The translations under genes and the position numbers were made by a program. A DNA stretch of 60,392 nt, filler included, from Diploschistes diacapsis (lineage: Eukaryota), in NCBI GenBank assembly GCA_023645945.1. It is 11 parts of 11 records of this genome, joined end to end, with 100 filler letters (N's around TTAATTAATTAA, not from the genome) between each part and the next. Parts side by side here need not be neighbours in the genome. Positions count along the whole stretch, not along the records: positions 1 to 5,436 come from JALAIB010001550.1; positions 5,537 to 10,962 come from JALAIB010001551.1; positions 11,063 to 16,485 come from JALAIB010001552.1; 8 more parts are not named here. One strand, 5' to 3'. The notes below the pieces were generated by a model, which was given only the letters and a program-made list of their open reading frames with translations, ran no database searches and was not told where the DNA came from. Positions 1 to 11,506 of this stretch are shown here, piece by piece; position 1 is the first letter of the stretch; every line of letters begins with the position of its first letter.

Positions 1-1068
1 GAGGGGAAGGGGATGGGATGGGTCACGAGCGCGCTGTGAGAGGAGTGTGAGGGTGAGGGCGAGGGTGTTGGGGATGGAGAGGTGGGGAAATGTGTTTTGC
101 GTTGATGGGGTTGGGCCATGACGCTTTTCCCTTCATCCCAATCGAGAGAAGAAAAAAAGGCGTCTAATCTTCCAGCCGTTCTGCTCAAGAAGCGACGGAG
201 TCTCACGAGTTTCAGGTGTTTGGACCTGTCTTCTGTCTTTTCCTCGATATCCAGCGATATGATACCTGGCGCTATCCAGCGAGCGATACCCAGCGATGCC
301 CTATTTTCTTTTGATTGCTTTCTTTTTTTTTTCCCGAACTTCTCAAAAGCGGAGGCTTAAGCGGAAGCGGGAGCGGAAGCAGAAGCGGAAAGGAATCGGG
401 TTGTCTAGTTTTTGACTACTTCGATGCCCCGATTGGCGACTAGCAGATTGGAAAGTGGTGGGAGCATGGAAGCATGGGGTTTGGGAGCGTGGCGGTGGGT
501 AGAAGGAAAACCCCTCCTGGATAGGCTGATGATGACTGTATGGATGCGGATGCGGATGCGGGGAGTGTGAATATGGGTATGGGTTGTGGGGGTGTGGATA
601 TGGATATGGATTTTTGGTGAACATAGGGAGAGGCTAGGCAGATATCACATATCATACCACTAGAGGTTCCTCTTATTTTCCCCATGGTAACCTGCAACGG
701 TTAATCTACTTGAACCTTACACCTCCCCACCGTAAAAGCAAACCGTAACGGCTGAATGCAGTCGCCATCTATCTCTACCAGGGAAAAACGGAACAAGATA
801 CAGATGCTCGTGCAATTAACATTGCCAATGCAGGGCTATCCACCATGCATCAGTGACTACGAATCCCACTAGATAACCTCCCCCATATGCATCAATCTAC
901 CACGCCATCCTGTATACACGTAGAGTAAATCTATATCTAACGAACCTCCATCCTCGATCCCTTTCCATTCACTCCCCTTTCTCCTCTCCTCTCCTTTCCC
1001 CGTCCAAATCTCCACTCTTTATTCTTTTTTTACTTCCCGCACACAAAAGTTCCCCCCAAGGTTAACCA

Positions 1069-3293
1069 TCACAGCTTAGCCCTGGGCTTCTCCAGCGTCG
1101 GCAGCAGCAGGTCTCTGATGTCGCCCGCCGCTTCGTTGAGGTAGTGGCTCATGCGCTCGGAGCCCATTTTCTTGCTGACGATGTTGAACTGGATGCTGAT
1201 GGTTCGCCGGACGGGTCAGCCAGAGTGCGGCAACGAGGGAACAGGAGACAAGAAAGAGAAGGCCAAGGAGGCAAGGAAGAGGCATCCCTAAGACAAGCAG
1301 AGCCACCAGCATTGGGTGCCCGGCCAAGACAGGTATTTTTCCACGCCAGAGTAATGGTAATAATGGAAAATAAGGAAAATTAAGGACACACGCACCTCTG
1401 CTCGTTGATCATATACGCAATCCCGAACCCCTCATCGACGACCTGAGACCAGCCATACCCATTAAAGAACTCGGAACTGAGCTGGCTGGTGCTCAAATAC
1501 CACGTGCTACTGTACCCGTACGCCGGATCCGTGTACAGCGCCGGCATCTCCTCGCCCTCCTTCAGACACTTCTTCAGGCCAAAAAGATGTCTGTCCACGC
1601 CGCGCCCGTCGCTCGCATCGCTGATATACTTAACGTGCGCGTCCAGCGCCGCACGGAAGTGCTTGACGCACGGCTCCGGCGACACGCTCGGGTCGGCCAT
1701 GGCGGAGCAAAAGGCCACGCTCTCGTCCGACACGCTGCGGCACGTCTCGGTGCGGCCCTGCTGGAAGCGGCGCGTCGAGGCCGATTCGTACGTGGGCCGG
1801 TTGCGGCCGAACATCTTGTGGTAGGCGAGCTGGATGATGAGCTGCACGTACGCGTCGGGCGAGCACTTGAATTGCTTTATCAGGCCCTTGCCGTAGCCCT
1901 GGTAGGCTTGGACTCGTAGCTCGTGCTGGCCGATCACGTCATCAAAGTCCACCACTGCTTTGTGGATGTCCTTCTTTACCGTGTCGTTTATTTCGAAGGT
2001 AATGGGCAGCGGCTCTGGCAGGTTAGATCTTACGTGTGGGTTGCTCAGGTCGAGCTTGTTGGTGAAGATGAGCATATTGACGTAGTCGTTCAATCTGTGT
2101 GTCGGAGTACCGTCCATCATGCTGTGCTCGCCCAGGAAGCCCGAGGTTCCGTTGCTATTTACGATGAACTGCAAAGGCTTGTCGTACCACCTGTTCTGTC
2201 CGTCACCGTGCCAGTACTGGTGCGCGCGCTCCTCAAGAGTAACGGGCGCTGCATCATCGAGGCAGACCACAAAAGAAGCGGACTGGATCGTTTCGAGGGC
2301 GGTACGGTTGGCGGCGTGCGCGTCGAGCAGGTTTTTGCGGGCAGCGGTCCAGACATCGCGGTTCTCGGAGGTCAAGGAGCCGACGGCGGGAGACTTCTCG
2401 GCTTTGGCGTAGATGCGACGGAACTGCTGCTCGAACTCGGAGGCGCTGAGTTGCTGGCCGTTTACCACGTGGGGTACCTTGAAGAATTGGTTTTTGTGGA
2501 TGACGACGATGTGTTGATACTCGGCGTGGGAATATTTGACGGGGTAGTCGCGGCCTGGGTTGGGGATGCGGCAGGTGTTGAACATCCATTGGTAGGATTC
2601 CATGCTGATGGGGAGCTTCTTCATATATTCGGGCTCGAGCGTGCCGGAGTCTACTTGCTTCTTGAACTCAAGAACGCCGGTAGTGAGGGCAGCAGCTCTC
2701 TTTGCTGGGTTCCGGCGGTGACGGTCATCGCGGTGAGAGTAAAAGTAGCTGACGTAGGGAACGATAGGGTCGCGATAGGTGAGGTATGCGCTATCGTTCC
2801 ACCATTCGTAGATCCAATTCTTGTGTTTTGGGTCATCCCTCCTGGCTTGTAGTCTTTTCTGCAACTCATGCCCGACGCTACCGGGCTTGACAAACTCCTC
2901 TACGGCCTTTTTCGTATTCTCGTACTCGGTGGGGTTGAGCAATGCATGAACAGACTTGAGGTAGCGTTTCGAGGTCTCCTCCAGAGTCGGGATGGGTAGG
3001 CGAGGTAGTGATTCTTCGAAGCGAAGCATCGCTCCTTTGGACTTATCTTCTCGGTAACCTCCATCAAGTCAGGCAAGCGCTCATGTAGCGATTGGTAGTG
3101 TTGGAGAACAGACCTTCTGGGAGTGAGGATTGCTGCCTTCTTGGCGCTATATTGAATATCTACAAGCCGTGTCAGAACTCGTAACAAGATCCTTTGCGGA
3201 GACACGAACATTGGATTGGGGTGCTGCAATTTTACTAAGACGCAGGGTCAAGGTCGAAGGTGGGACAGTGCGAAGTGCCGCTTTCAGCAACAT
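1069..3293 (-). CDS. CAT2: Carnitine O-acetyltransferase, mitochondrial/peroxisomal type (Cat2/AcuJ-like), 4 exons
   Basis: Core ORF 1380-3029 has SLPRLPIPTLEET, NRWYDK, the catalytic EHSMMDG motif, PTYESASTRRF..GRTET and STS. Inferred introns 3209-3160, 3113-3059 and 1395-1196. N-terminus MLLKAALRTVPPSTLTLRLSK is presequence-like; C-terminus ...LEKPRAKL* is a PTS1. Confidence 0.95.
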
Positions 3294-3715
3294 TGAAGCG
3301 ATAAAGGATAGCTAGACTCGATTGACAAGGTAAAAAAGGTATCGACCTTCGACAATAACCCTCACAAGCACCACAAGCGCATCAAACCCGGCAGTTTCCG
3401 AAACGACAGTACTGGTTGGAGACGAGTTCAAGTCGGGAGTGAAGCCGGACGTGCTAGAGCTTACGGAGAGACAGCTCGTTGCGGGCAAACGGAGTTCTGT
3501 TCTGAGCCGAGGTTCGCATAGTGACGCATTAAACAGAAGCTCGGAATGCGCCGAGGCACATATTTGTAGTCCATATTCTTCTACATAACACAAAGATACC
3601 CATGGTAGGGATCCAAAGTACTGAGTAGAAGTGGTGGTTATTGCACGATTTTTCATTAACGATTTCACAACGAGTGTCAATACAAATGGCACCAGGGCTC
3701 CAAAAATGACTAACC

Positions 3716-4792
3716 TCAACCCCTCCTCTTCCCCCTCCGCCCACCTCTCGCTCCCCTCCCACGTCCTCGTCCTCGACCGCGCGTGCCCCTAGGCGTCGGC
3801 GCATCTTCCTCTTCCTCCTCCTCCTCCTCTTCATCGTCGTCGTCTTCGTCGTTGTCTTCATCCTCTTCTTCTTCCGAGTCCTTGTCCTCGTCCTCTTCCT
3901 CCTTCTCATCCGCACTTGGCTCAGGCGACGCTTTCGCTCTCCCACGGGGCGTAGATTCTGTCTGCAGTTTCGACCTCCCCCTCGCCCCGCGTCCACGTCT
4001 GAAATACCTTCTTCTGACGGACGAAGCGGGGGACGAACGCGGCTCTATTCAATCCATTAGTCGCCACAGACCACAGCAAGCACGCTCCTGACTCACCCTC
4101 CGTATCCTCCACCGTACTCGCCCGCCCCTCCGCCGTCCCGCTTATCATGCCCGGCGACGAAGACTTGCGCTCCTCCAGCCGCCGCTCAAACATCATATCC
4201 CCAAAATCCTCCCGCGGCAGCCTGTACTCGCAGAAGCGCTCGGTAAGCGCATCGAGGTCGTCCGAGCTGATCTCGTTGAACGCATCTTCCTATATCCGCA
4301 CCATGAGCCTATGCCATCCACTTCCCAAACAAAGCGAGCCCATACCCGCTCGTCCAACGTCCTAAGATTATACAAACTCCCCAGCTTCGTCCATATTCCC
4401 TGCGGCCGCGTATGCTGCTCGCGATGGCCGTGGCTGCGCAGATGCTGCGAGAGGGAGATCATGCGGTAGTGCTTGTGCATTCCTACCACCGCGCCAGTGT
4501 AGCATTAGCATCAGGACCCCCAACCTAAATAGCAATGACAATGGCAATCGTAGTGGCCGTGATATGTGTGCAGTGATGCGGCGCAAAAAGACACACCTAC
4601 AGGCTTCCACTTGATCATGCCCTTGAACAGCGCGATCTCCTGCTCGTCCGTCCAGAGCTCCGGGTCTAGCTCGGGCGGGACGCTTGCTGCGACCGATTCC
4701 GGCACATCGGAGAATTCTTCGGCGACGGGCGTTGCGACAGAGGGGGTGGAGGCTGCGCGCGATTCAACGCGCGTTTTCTTCCGGGGACGCAT
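3716..4792 (-). CDS. EAF7: Chromatin modification protein EAF7 (NuA4 subunit, CT20/MRG-binding family), multi-exon
   Basis: Spliced translation WTDEQEIALFKGMIKWKPVG-MHKHYRMISLSQHL...IWTKLGSLYNLRTLDER...DFGDMMFERRL, followed by an acidic tract and an RG-rich tail ending at TGA 3716-3718. Confidence 0.9.
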
Positions 4793-5088
4793 GGCTGGAT
4801 GTGGGGTATTTGAGCCGAGGAGAGATGGGGACGCGGAGATGGGGTGATGAGGTTCACCCACAAGCTCAATAGAGAATGGGCATGAAAGCTTCGAGTTCCG
4901 CGAATACCAGGATTCCTGGCGCGGAATTACCCGCCTTTGTGCCAAGTCTGTCAGGGTTAAGACAGACGAGTTATTGTTTACTATCGATTTAGTGTCTATT
5001 GTTCATTCAAGACTAAAGTTTCACAGAGATTAATATGCCACACTACTCTTTACAAGCCATCTATCCCTCCAGTACAATCCTGTTCTCC

Positions 5089-5436
5089 TCAACTCCTCAA
5101 TCCCCCATCTACCCACCAACCAAACCGTAATCCACCCACCTTCAAAACGGCTTCAACGTATCCCTCTCCACCCGCCGGCTCATCCGCCACAACCCCAAGC
5201 TCGTAAACAGGAGCGCATTGAACAGCCCCATCATCTGACAGATCCAGAAAACCAGATACCCAACCGGCGCCAAAGGCGGAAACGCCAACATCAAGCTCTA
5301 CCTCTCCGTTAGCCCCTTTTACACCCCGAACCACCACCTCCAAGTTATCGTATGTATGAATCTCACGGTCAGAGGACTCACCAAAGGCTGTATCGTGTCC
5401 TCCTGCCTGTAGATCCGCCACCTCCCACCCCCACCC
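5089..5436 (-). CDS. Possible C-terminal fragment of an unidentified protein, truncated by contig end
   Basis: Open frame running from the contig end with globular-looking composition (LEVVVRGVKG...ELDVGVSAFGAGWVSGFLDL...VEAVLKVGG). No family recognised. Confidence 0.35.
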   Translation of the reverse strand, partial: GWGWEVADLQAGGHDTAFGESSDREIHTYDNLEVVVRGVKGANGEVELDVGVSAFGAGWVSGFLDLSDDGAVQCAPVYELGVVADEPAGGEGYVEAVLKVGGLRFGWWVDGGLRS

Positions 5437-5536
5437 NNNNNNNNNNNNNNNNNNNNNNNNNNNNNNNNNNNNNNNNNNNNTTAATTAATTAANNNNNNNN
5501 NNNNNNNNNNNNNNNNNNNNNNNNNNNNNNNNNNNN
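5437..5536. other. Artificial contig linker N44-TTAATTAATTAA-N44 (first of 10)
   Basis: Identical 100-nt linkers also at 10963-11062, 16486-16585, 21997-22096, 27499-27598, 32998-33097, 38485-38584, 43969-44068, 49446-49545 and 54922-55021. The core gives stops in all six frames. Confidence 0.99.
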
Positions 5537-6236
5537 GATGGGAATGGAGAAGTGGATGGTGGAGGAGAGGAAGAGGAGGAAGTGAGAGAGAGGCCAACGA
5601 TTTGTTTTACTTGGCCGGCGTGCAGGTCGATGCAGGGGCGGAAGCGGGAGGAACGGGGCATTGAAGGTGTGTGACGATAGTATGTGTTGTTGTCCGTCGC
5701 GGGTAGGAAAGGGATAGATAGAGTTTTTGTTGCGATATTCTATAGCGTTGTCGGGATGTCATATGGTGGGCAGGGTATATCCACTGGACCATGAATGCAA
5801 CTACTCCACGACCATAATTCTGTTCCGCATGTTTTTTTGGGGGGGGTTTTTTTTGGTTCTCACATTAAAAGACGATCGTGAAGGCCGAATTCCCTTTTAT
5901 TTTAAGCATTTTAAAAGCTGGTTTAATTAATATAAATAATTCTATTAGCCTTATTTTAATTAAACTTTTTTTCGTAAGATTCCAAAGCTTTATTATACGA
6001 ACAGGTTCGTGATTTACTGGCTCGTTAGTTGTACTTTTAGATTGCGACAGCTGCTATTTGTGTCGAGAAGTAAACCTAATTTCAAACAGGAATTCGTTCG
6101 GAATATTACTTTAATAGTTCCTTATAAATGCTTTGAGCTCGATAAGCATAAGGATAGGATTCGTAACCCAGTCTAAGGGGAATGGTTAAGATAATAGGTT
6201 AATTGATAAAGAAGACTTAGCCTGCGTTTTAGATTT

Positions 6237-6765
6237 GGCCCTGTTTGGTGGTCAGCGTAGAGCATGTGTAGAGCTCCTGCGTAGATTGTACGAGGTCACA
6301 TGACACTCTACGCTCCCACCAAACGTTCCTTTTCGTAGAGCTCTTACGTAGACGTCGTAGGAGCTCTATATTATTAAATCTGCGTAGAGCTTGTCGAGAC
6401 CTCTCGAGATCTCGATAAGTTCTACGTATTGATTTAAAATAAACCGAAACCTTATTGCCGCCGCTTCCACCGCTTATTTCCTTTTTTTATTTAATTAAAA
6501 TGGACGGTTTTTAATCCAGATATCACGAAAATAAAAATAAAATAATCGTTATTTTTTTCGCTGATATTACATAATTATACGTAATTTAATATTACGATAA
6601 TATTACGTTTGCGAGGGTATCGTAAAGGCCGAAGATGGTAAGCGACAGCGTGATGGGGCTGGCTGCCAAACGCACCACGTAGAGCTATCTCTACGTAGAG
6701 GACGGCCGTCGTCTACGTAGATGCGCTCTGCCGTAGAGCAGCTCTACGTGGCGCCAAACAGGGCC
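6237..6765. mobile_element. Non-autonomous MITE-like element, PIF/Harbinger-like terminal inverted repeats (TIRs)
   Basis: Perfect 12-bp terminal inverted repeat GGCCCTGTTTGG...CCAAACAGGGCC, many subterminal CGTAGAG/CTCTACG motifs, AT-rich core, 3' flank TTA. Embedded in an AT-rich degenerate repeat (~5900-6920). Confidence 0.7.
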
Positions 6766-6999
6766 TTAGTTTGCCGTTGCTGTTTTAGAACGTATTTTTT
6801 TTTGAATTCCCGTTTTTAATTATTCGATGCTAACCGGCAGTTCGTAGTTCTTTAATACCCAGCGTATGGCTTCGTTGTAGAATTATAGATTTAAGATTTT
6901 ATTATTATTCCGAATCTCACAATATAGAGGGAAAGCTGCTCTCTATCGTAGTATGTGTAGTAGATGTCCTAGGTCAAAGCAGAAGGAAAGCTGTTCTCT

Positions 7000-7234
7000 A
7001 TCGTGGTCCAGCTATGGAAGCGCCGTCAGGAAGGTCAGCTGCTCCGGCAAAGAGAGTGTGGGGGCTTGGACTGGGTAGAGGGCGAGGCTCTGCTGATGCT
7101 AATTAGCACTGGGACAAGAGGATCTAACCACTCGTCGCTGCAGCAGGCGTCATATATGACCATGGCGCTTGGCATCTATTGTACATAAGTAGATTTTGCT
7201 TCGGATTAGCTACAATCTACACTCACTTCTCACA
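7000..7234. repeat. LTR fragment of a retrotransposon
   Basis: Ends in ...TAAGTAGATTTTGCTTCGGATTAGCTACAATCTACACTCACTTCTCACA, nearly identical to 55494-55543 in another contig. Adjacent to a chromodomain integrase fragment. Left boundary approximate. Confidence 0.7.
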
Positions 7235-7378
7235 ATGAATTTCATAGGCATTGCCATGCCAAATTGGTAGCAACGAGGTCGGCTCCACCTGCCCCAAGCA
7301 ATTCACCAAGCAATCCCACGACTACCACAAGTGGTCCCGCACAGGAGTAGTCTCGCCTTCTCTTGGAGAATCGAATGA

Positions 7379-7725
7379 TTAAGCGGCCATGTCTTCATGT
7401 CTCCTTTCGTAGTCGGCGACGAGGTCCTTGGCATGCCGTAGTAGTTCCTTCGGCGATATCCACATGTCCTCGCTAGCATCGTAGCCCGTCCAGCGTACCA
7501 AGTACTCTATTCTCCAACCTCTGCCTCTTTTCAGTTTTCCTTTTGCCAGTAGTCTGTCCACTTCGTAGTGTCCTTCCTCCAAGTCGACAGTCACGGGCGG
7601 TGGGGGCAAGGGTCGACGATGATAGGGGTCGTCTGCGGGGTCGAAAACAGGCTCTAGATGTGCTATACTGATGACATCGTGTATCCAGTAGTGTTGTGGG
7701 AGTTCCAGCTTATAGGCGAGCTCGT
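7379..7725 (-). mobile_element. Ty3/Gypsy chromovirus pol C-terminal fragment (integrase C-terminal region plus chromodomain)
   Basis: LAYKLELPQHYWIHDVISIAHLEP followed by YEVDRLL...EYLVRWTGYDASEDMW...L...KDLVADY. No upstream RT or integrase core. Confidence 0.9.
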
Positions 7726-9534
7726 GCCGATGTCGACTCCAGCGAAAGAAAAGGTGAAGCTTTTGGCTGGAGGACGCTCTCTGAAGGGGTGTTTTTGGGG
7801 GCATACATAGACATCCTCATAGCTCCATGGAAAGATGGATTCTAAAACCCGAGAAGTCCCCTCGGCGGGATGCGATCAACCACGACGGTCTCACAAGCTG
7901 TAATCATGAACATATTGTGTGCAGAGGTTCACCTTTGGGATCTCGAAGCTAGCTATGTCTTCGGAGCTCTCTGCAACTATCAAAAGAACTGGCTGCGATA
8001 GATGGTGACCTGTTGTTGTACGATCAATACAGTCCCTGCCCAAAATTGGAATTGTGCTTTTGGGGGCGAGAAAGAAGGAGGTTTCTCCAGCGGAAGACGT
8101 AAGAGGCCACTTTAGCATGTTGAAGCAATTGTCATACCAGATCAGCGATACACTTTACTCTGCGTGTCTCCAGCCCCCAAAGGGACGTCTTAAAAAGCTT
8201 CCCCAAATATAGCACTAGTATCTCCCATCTCACATGCCAAAAATAGCCCCTTCGAAGTCCTCATCGGCCTCCCTTCCCACGCGGCTCCGGCTCCGGCTCC
8301 GGCTCCGGCATGGGCACCGGCTTGGCGTTTCCCAGTCCTAGCAACAGCAAACCGGATGGGAAGCTCGTTTAACAACCTTCTGTCCCGGTGTCCAGCCATT
8401 AGTATATTAGATGTCGTTAGTCTCCGAAACCCCATACTAGACGGGGGGGGCTCAAGTCCCAACAGCATCATTCTGACCGGACGTAAAAAAGGCGTGCGTA
8501 AATGCTAACGGCTGAGCACTACTTGAAGGGCTCCATTTCCCCCCCCCCCCCACAATGCGCTAGAACCAAATTTCCTTCACCGGGGGCTCCACCTTGGAGG
8601 AGGTTGCAGAGCGAAATAAGGGGGGGGGTGGCGAAGCCCTGCCGGGGTCCTCCTCTCGATATTACAGGCCGGACAGCTTTTCCCCATCCTTAACCCTGCA
8701 GAAGGTGTGGTTGGGAAAGGAAATAGAGAATTGCCTGTTTCGCCCCCCCCCGACGGCGTGGTCGGGTGCGAGGTTTGTAGGCTCCCGTTGTTGTTTATAA
8801 CGTGGAATTGGTGATGGTGGCGGCGTGGTTGAGTCTTGCTTGCGTTAATGCGTCTAGATTTTCTTTCTTTTTTTTTGGCTTGTCAGAGGGCTATGAGTGT
8901 TAAATCGTGCAAGAAAAATTACCGTGCACTTAAGGAGACCAAGTGACTACAATGAGCTTGGCTCAAGGATTGGGGGGTTCGCGATATCTATGAGTGTAGG
9001 GGGGGTTTTGTTCATTGAAAGGGGCTTCCTGCAGCAACCGTGGGAGAGCCGAGAACCATCGCGTGGCTACAAGCTGTGGATCTTCCCAGAAAGCTTGGAA
9101 GCTACATAGAGGTAGTAGAATACAAGATAGCCCCTGCCAGGCATCGTTGCCAGCTTCGCCCCAGCTGTGAGAACCCTTTGCGCGTACATCCCCCTCATCA
9201 TCTCGTTTCTCCGTTTTGTTCCTGTCCGAGCTTTTCCGATCTAGGTCCCCTAATGCCATCGAAAGAAGCAGTGTTCCTTCGGTAATCACGAACAAGCTTC
9301 ACTATTACTCCCAAACACCCGTCAGGCCAACTCCTTTCATGAGCCAGTTGTTGTCAAGTCGCCGTTGCGCACAATACACCGTATCTTGCCCTTGCTCCCA
9401 AAGCTTACCCGAAAAGGTAAACCCACATTTCCCCGTTGGTTCGCTATTAGATTATGGGTATCGAATGAGATTACGAATTACGAACCCGCGCACAGCAGGT
9501 TCGCTTGCCGGGCAAACAGTTACTGTGTGGCAAG

Positions 9535-10369
9535 TCAAATCTTCGAGGGACAGAAACCTGCAGGAGGGTCGCTTACCTGTGGCGGCATGGGATACTGTCC
9601 GACGCCCGGCTGGTGTTGTTGCTGCATGTACTGCTGGTAGACCATTTGCTGCGTTTGTTCCGGCGTCAGACCGGCATAAGGCGCCATGCCTCCATTGCGT
9701 GCCATGCCAGCCGCAGGTTGTGCAGCTTGCGCATGCGCGACATCTTCGGGCGAGTTGCCGGCTTCCTCGCCTTCCACTCCGTTCTGGTTATCCGATGCGG
9801 GTTCGGGTGCATTAAGGCATGCCTGTAACATGTCAAACCGCCGGACTAACTCAAGAAGGCTTCTCCTCGTACCTGGATGAGATTTTTGCCCTCTGCCTTC
9901 GTGACTAGAGGCTGCAGCTTGGGAGTCGTGAAGGTGTAGACGAGCCCAGTTTCTGAGACGACGAGCAGAAGAACTTGAGTTCCCGTGAGGACCGAGAGTT
10001 CGTAAGCCTGTAAGAAAGACGTTAGCACGCGACTGCAGTTGAAGTTTCGATGCCCTGGATTCGCGTTTGGGTTGCAGAAGCTGGGGGGTTTTATGCTCCC
10101 ATGGGATGTCGTACCTTCTTCATGATCCCAGCTTTCCTCTTGGAAAATGTAATGTGTCGACGCGACTTGTCCTGAATAAATTTAATATCGATCTTCCTCC
10201 TTTCGCGTCGCTTGTCGTCGTCGTCATCGTCGTCATCGTCGCCTGCAGCTGCGCTGATGCGAGAACGCTTTACTCCACGAGCTTCGGAACCTTGGCCATT
10301 GCCGGTCGCAAGAGCGTCGTCATGTGCAGAGGGTGAATGGTTGTCGTTTGGTTCAGTAATTTCACCCAT
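9535..10369 (-). CDS. MCM1: MADS-box transcription factor Mcm1 (SRF type), multi-exon; last exon uncertain
   Basis: RRKIDIKFIQDKSRRHITFSKRKAGIMKK|AYELSVLTGTQVLLLVVSETGLVYTFTTPKLQPLVTKAEGKNLIQ|ACLNAPEP, then a Gln-rich tail. A further donor CAG|GTAAGC at 9576 suggests a terminal exon I could not place. Confidence 0.95.
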
Positions 10370-11411
10370 TACGGCTGTTTTGTCGCGTTTCTCTCGAGTA
10401 TCATGCAATGGTCTCAAAGAGGTTTGGGCTGTTTGGGGCGGGTCTCGATACACTTCTGCTTTGAGGTTAGGGGAGGAAGAGGGAAAAGCGAGAGACTGGG
10501 TGGGAAGCAGAAGAGGAAAACCTGGGCCGATCGGAAGCTTAGGAGGGGGGGCCCCCCCCTGTTCGGCTCAAGCAGCCACTTACCTCTAGTTTCGATTGCA
10601 CTACTAGCTACTAGCTGCACAGAAACACCCGTGGCCCGGCTGAGGCCGTGCGCAAGTGCAAAAAGTACCTATCTGGTACTTGTATCACGAAGTACAGTAA
10701 TCTAAGCTCGGAAGAGGTCAGCCATGTTCTCTACGTTTGGATGTTGATATTAATATTAATATACGCTTGTAGAAACATCTAGTGAGGGACCGAAAACGTG
10801 AGCGGCGCTGCTGGACTCGCACGTACTGACGGGAAACGGGAAACGGGAAAGGTCGGTGGGAGCTGAGGATGGATGGAGAGGGTGATGGTGATGGTGATGG
10901 TGGGCAAGGGTCGGCAAGGGGGAACTGCAAGGAAGGGCAGGGGGGCCCAGGCAGGGTGGTTGNNNNNNNNNNNNNNNNNNNNNNNNNNNNNNNNNNNNNN
11001 NNNNNNTTAATTAATTAANNNNNNNNNNNNNNNNNNNNNNNNNNNNNNNNNNNNNNNNNNNNGTGGGTGGATGTGGAGATGGTGCCGGTTATTAGGGTGT
11101 TAAGGAGGGTGCCGATGGAGAGGGTTAGGGAGAGTTTAGTTAAGGAGGGGGTTTAGGGATAAAACAGGGAGCGGTGCCATAGATGGAAATAGTATCTCGA
11201 GAGCGTTAGGGGTCAGTAGATAGTATGGCTTGTAGGATAGTTCGGGGTATCAAGAACGCTTTTTCAAGCTAACTTCACTCTGGTACTTTGGTAACTGCAG
11301 CGAAAAGAGGACTCCTTTATACTGACTGGTTATACAAGGAAAAGCGGCTTTTCTCCGAGCACTACTATTACGAAGGGCACGTGAAGTGCGCTCGGCGTAC
11401 GTGTGGTTTCA

Positions 11412-11506
11412 CTACGGAATTAAGCCCTAAGTCCGAAAAGACTTGGCGGAATACCTTTTATTTGTAAATCTGTAGCTAGACAGTTTAAACACACTATGCA
11501 ATCGAA
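11412..11506. repeat. Dispersed repeat terminus shared with 55983-56077
   Basis: Exact 19-mer AACACACTATGCAATCGAA at 11488-11506 and 56059-56077, with ~75 nt of degenerate upstream similarity (TACGGA..TAAGCC....CCGAAAAG...TAGCTA). Confidence 0.65.

Noticed and set aside
343..697. Pro/His/Tyr-rich ORFs at the window start
   Set aside because: They arise from TATGGA/GGATGC microsatellite-like sequence downstream of CAT2; no domain or splice structure supports coding.
1923..2852. 309-aa plus-strand ORF, and similar long antisense ORFs (e.g. 27695-28642, 54011-54465)
   Set aside because: Antisense shadows of GC3-rich genes (CAT2, AsaB-like, GH71).
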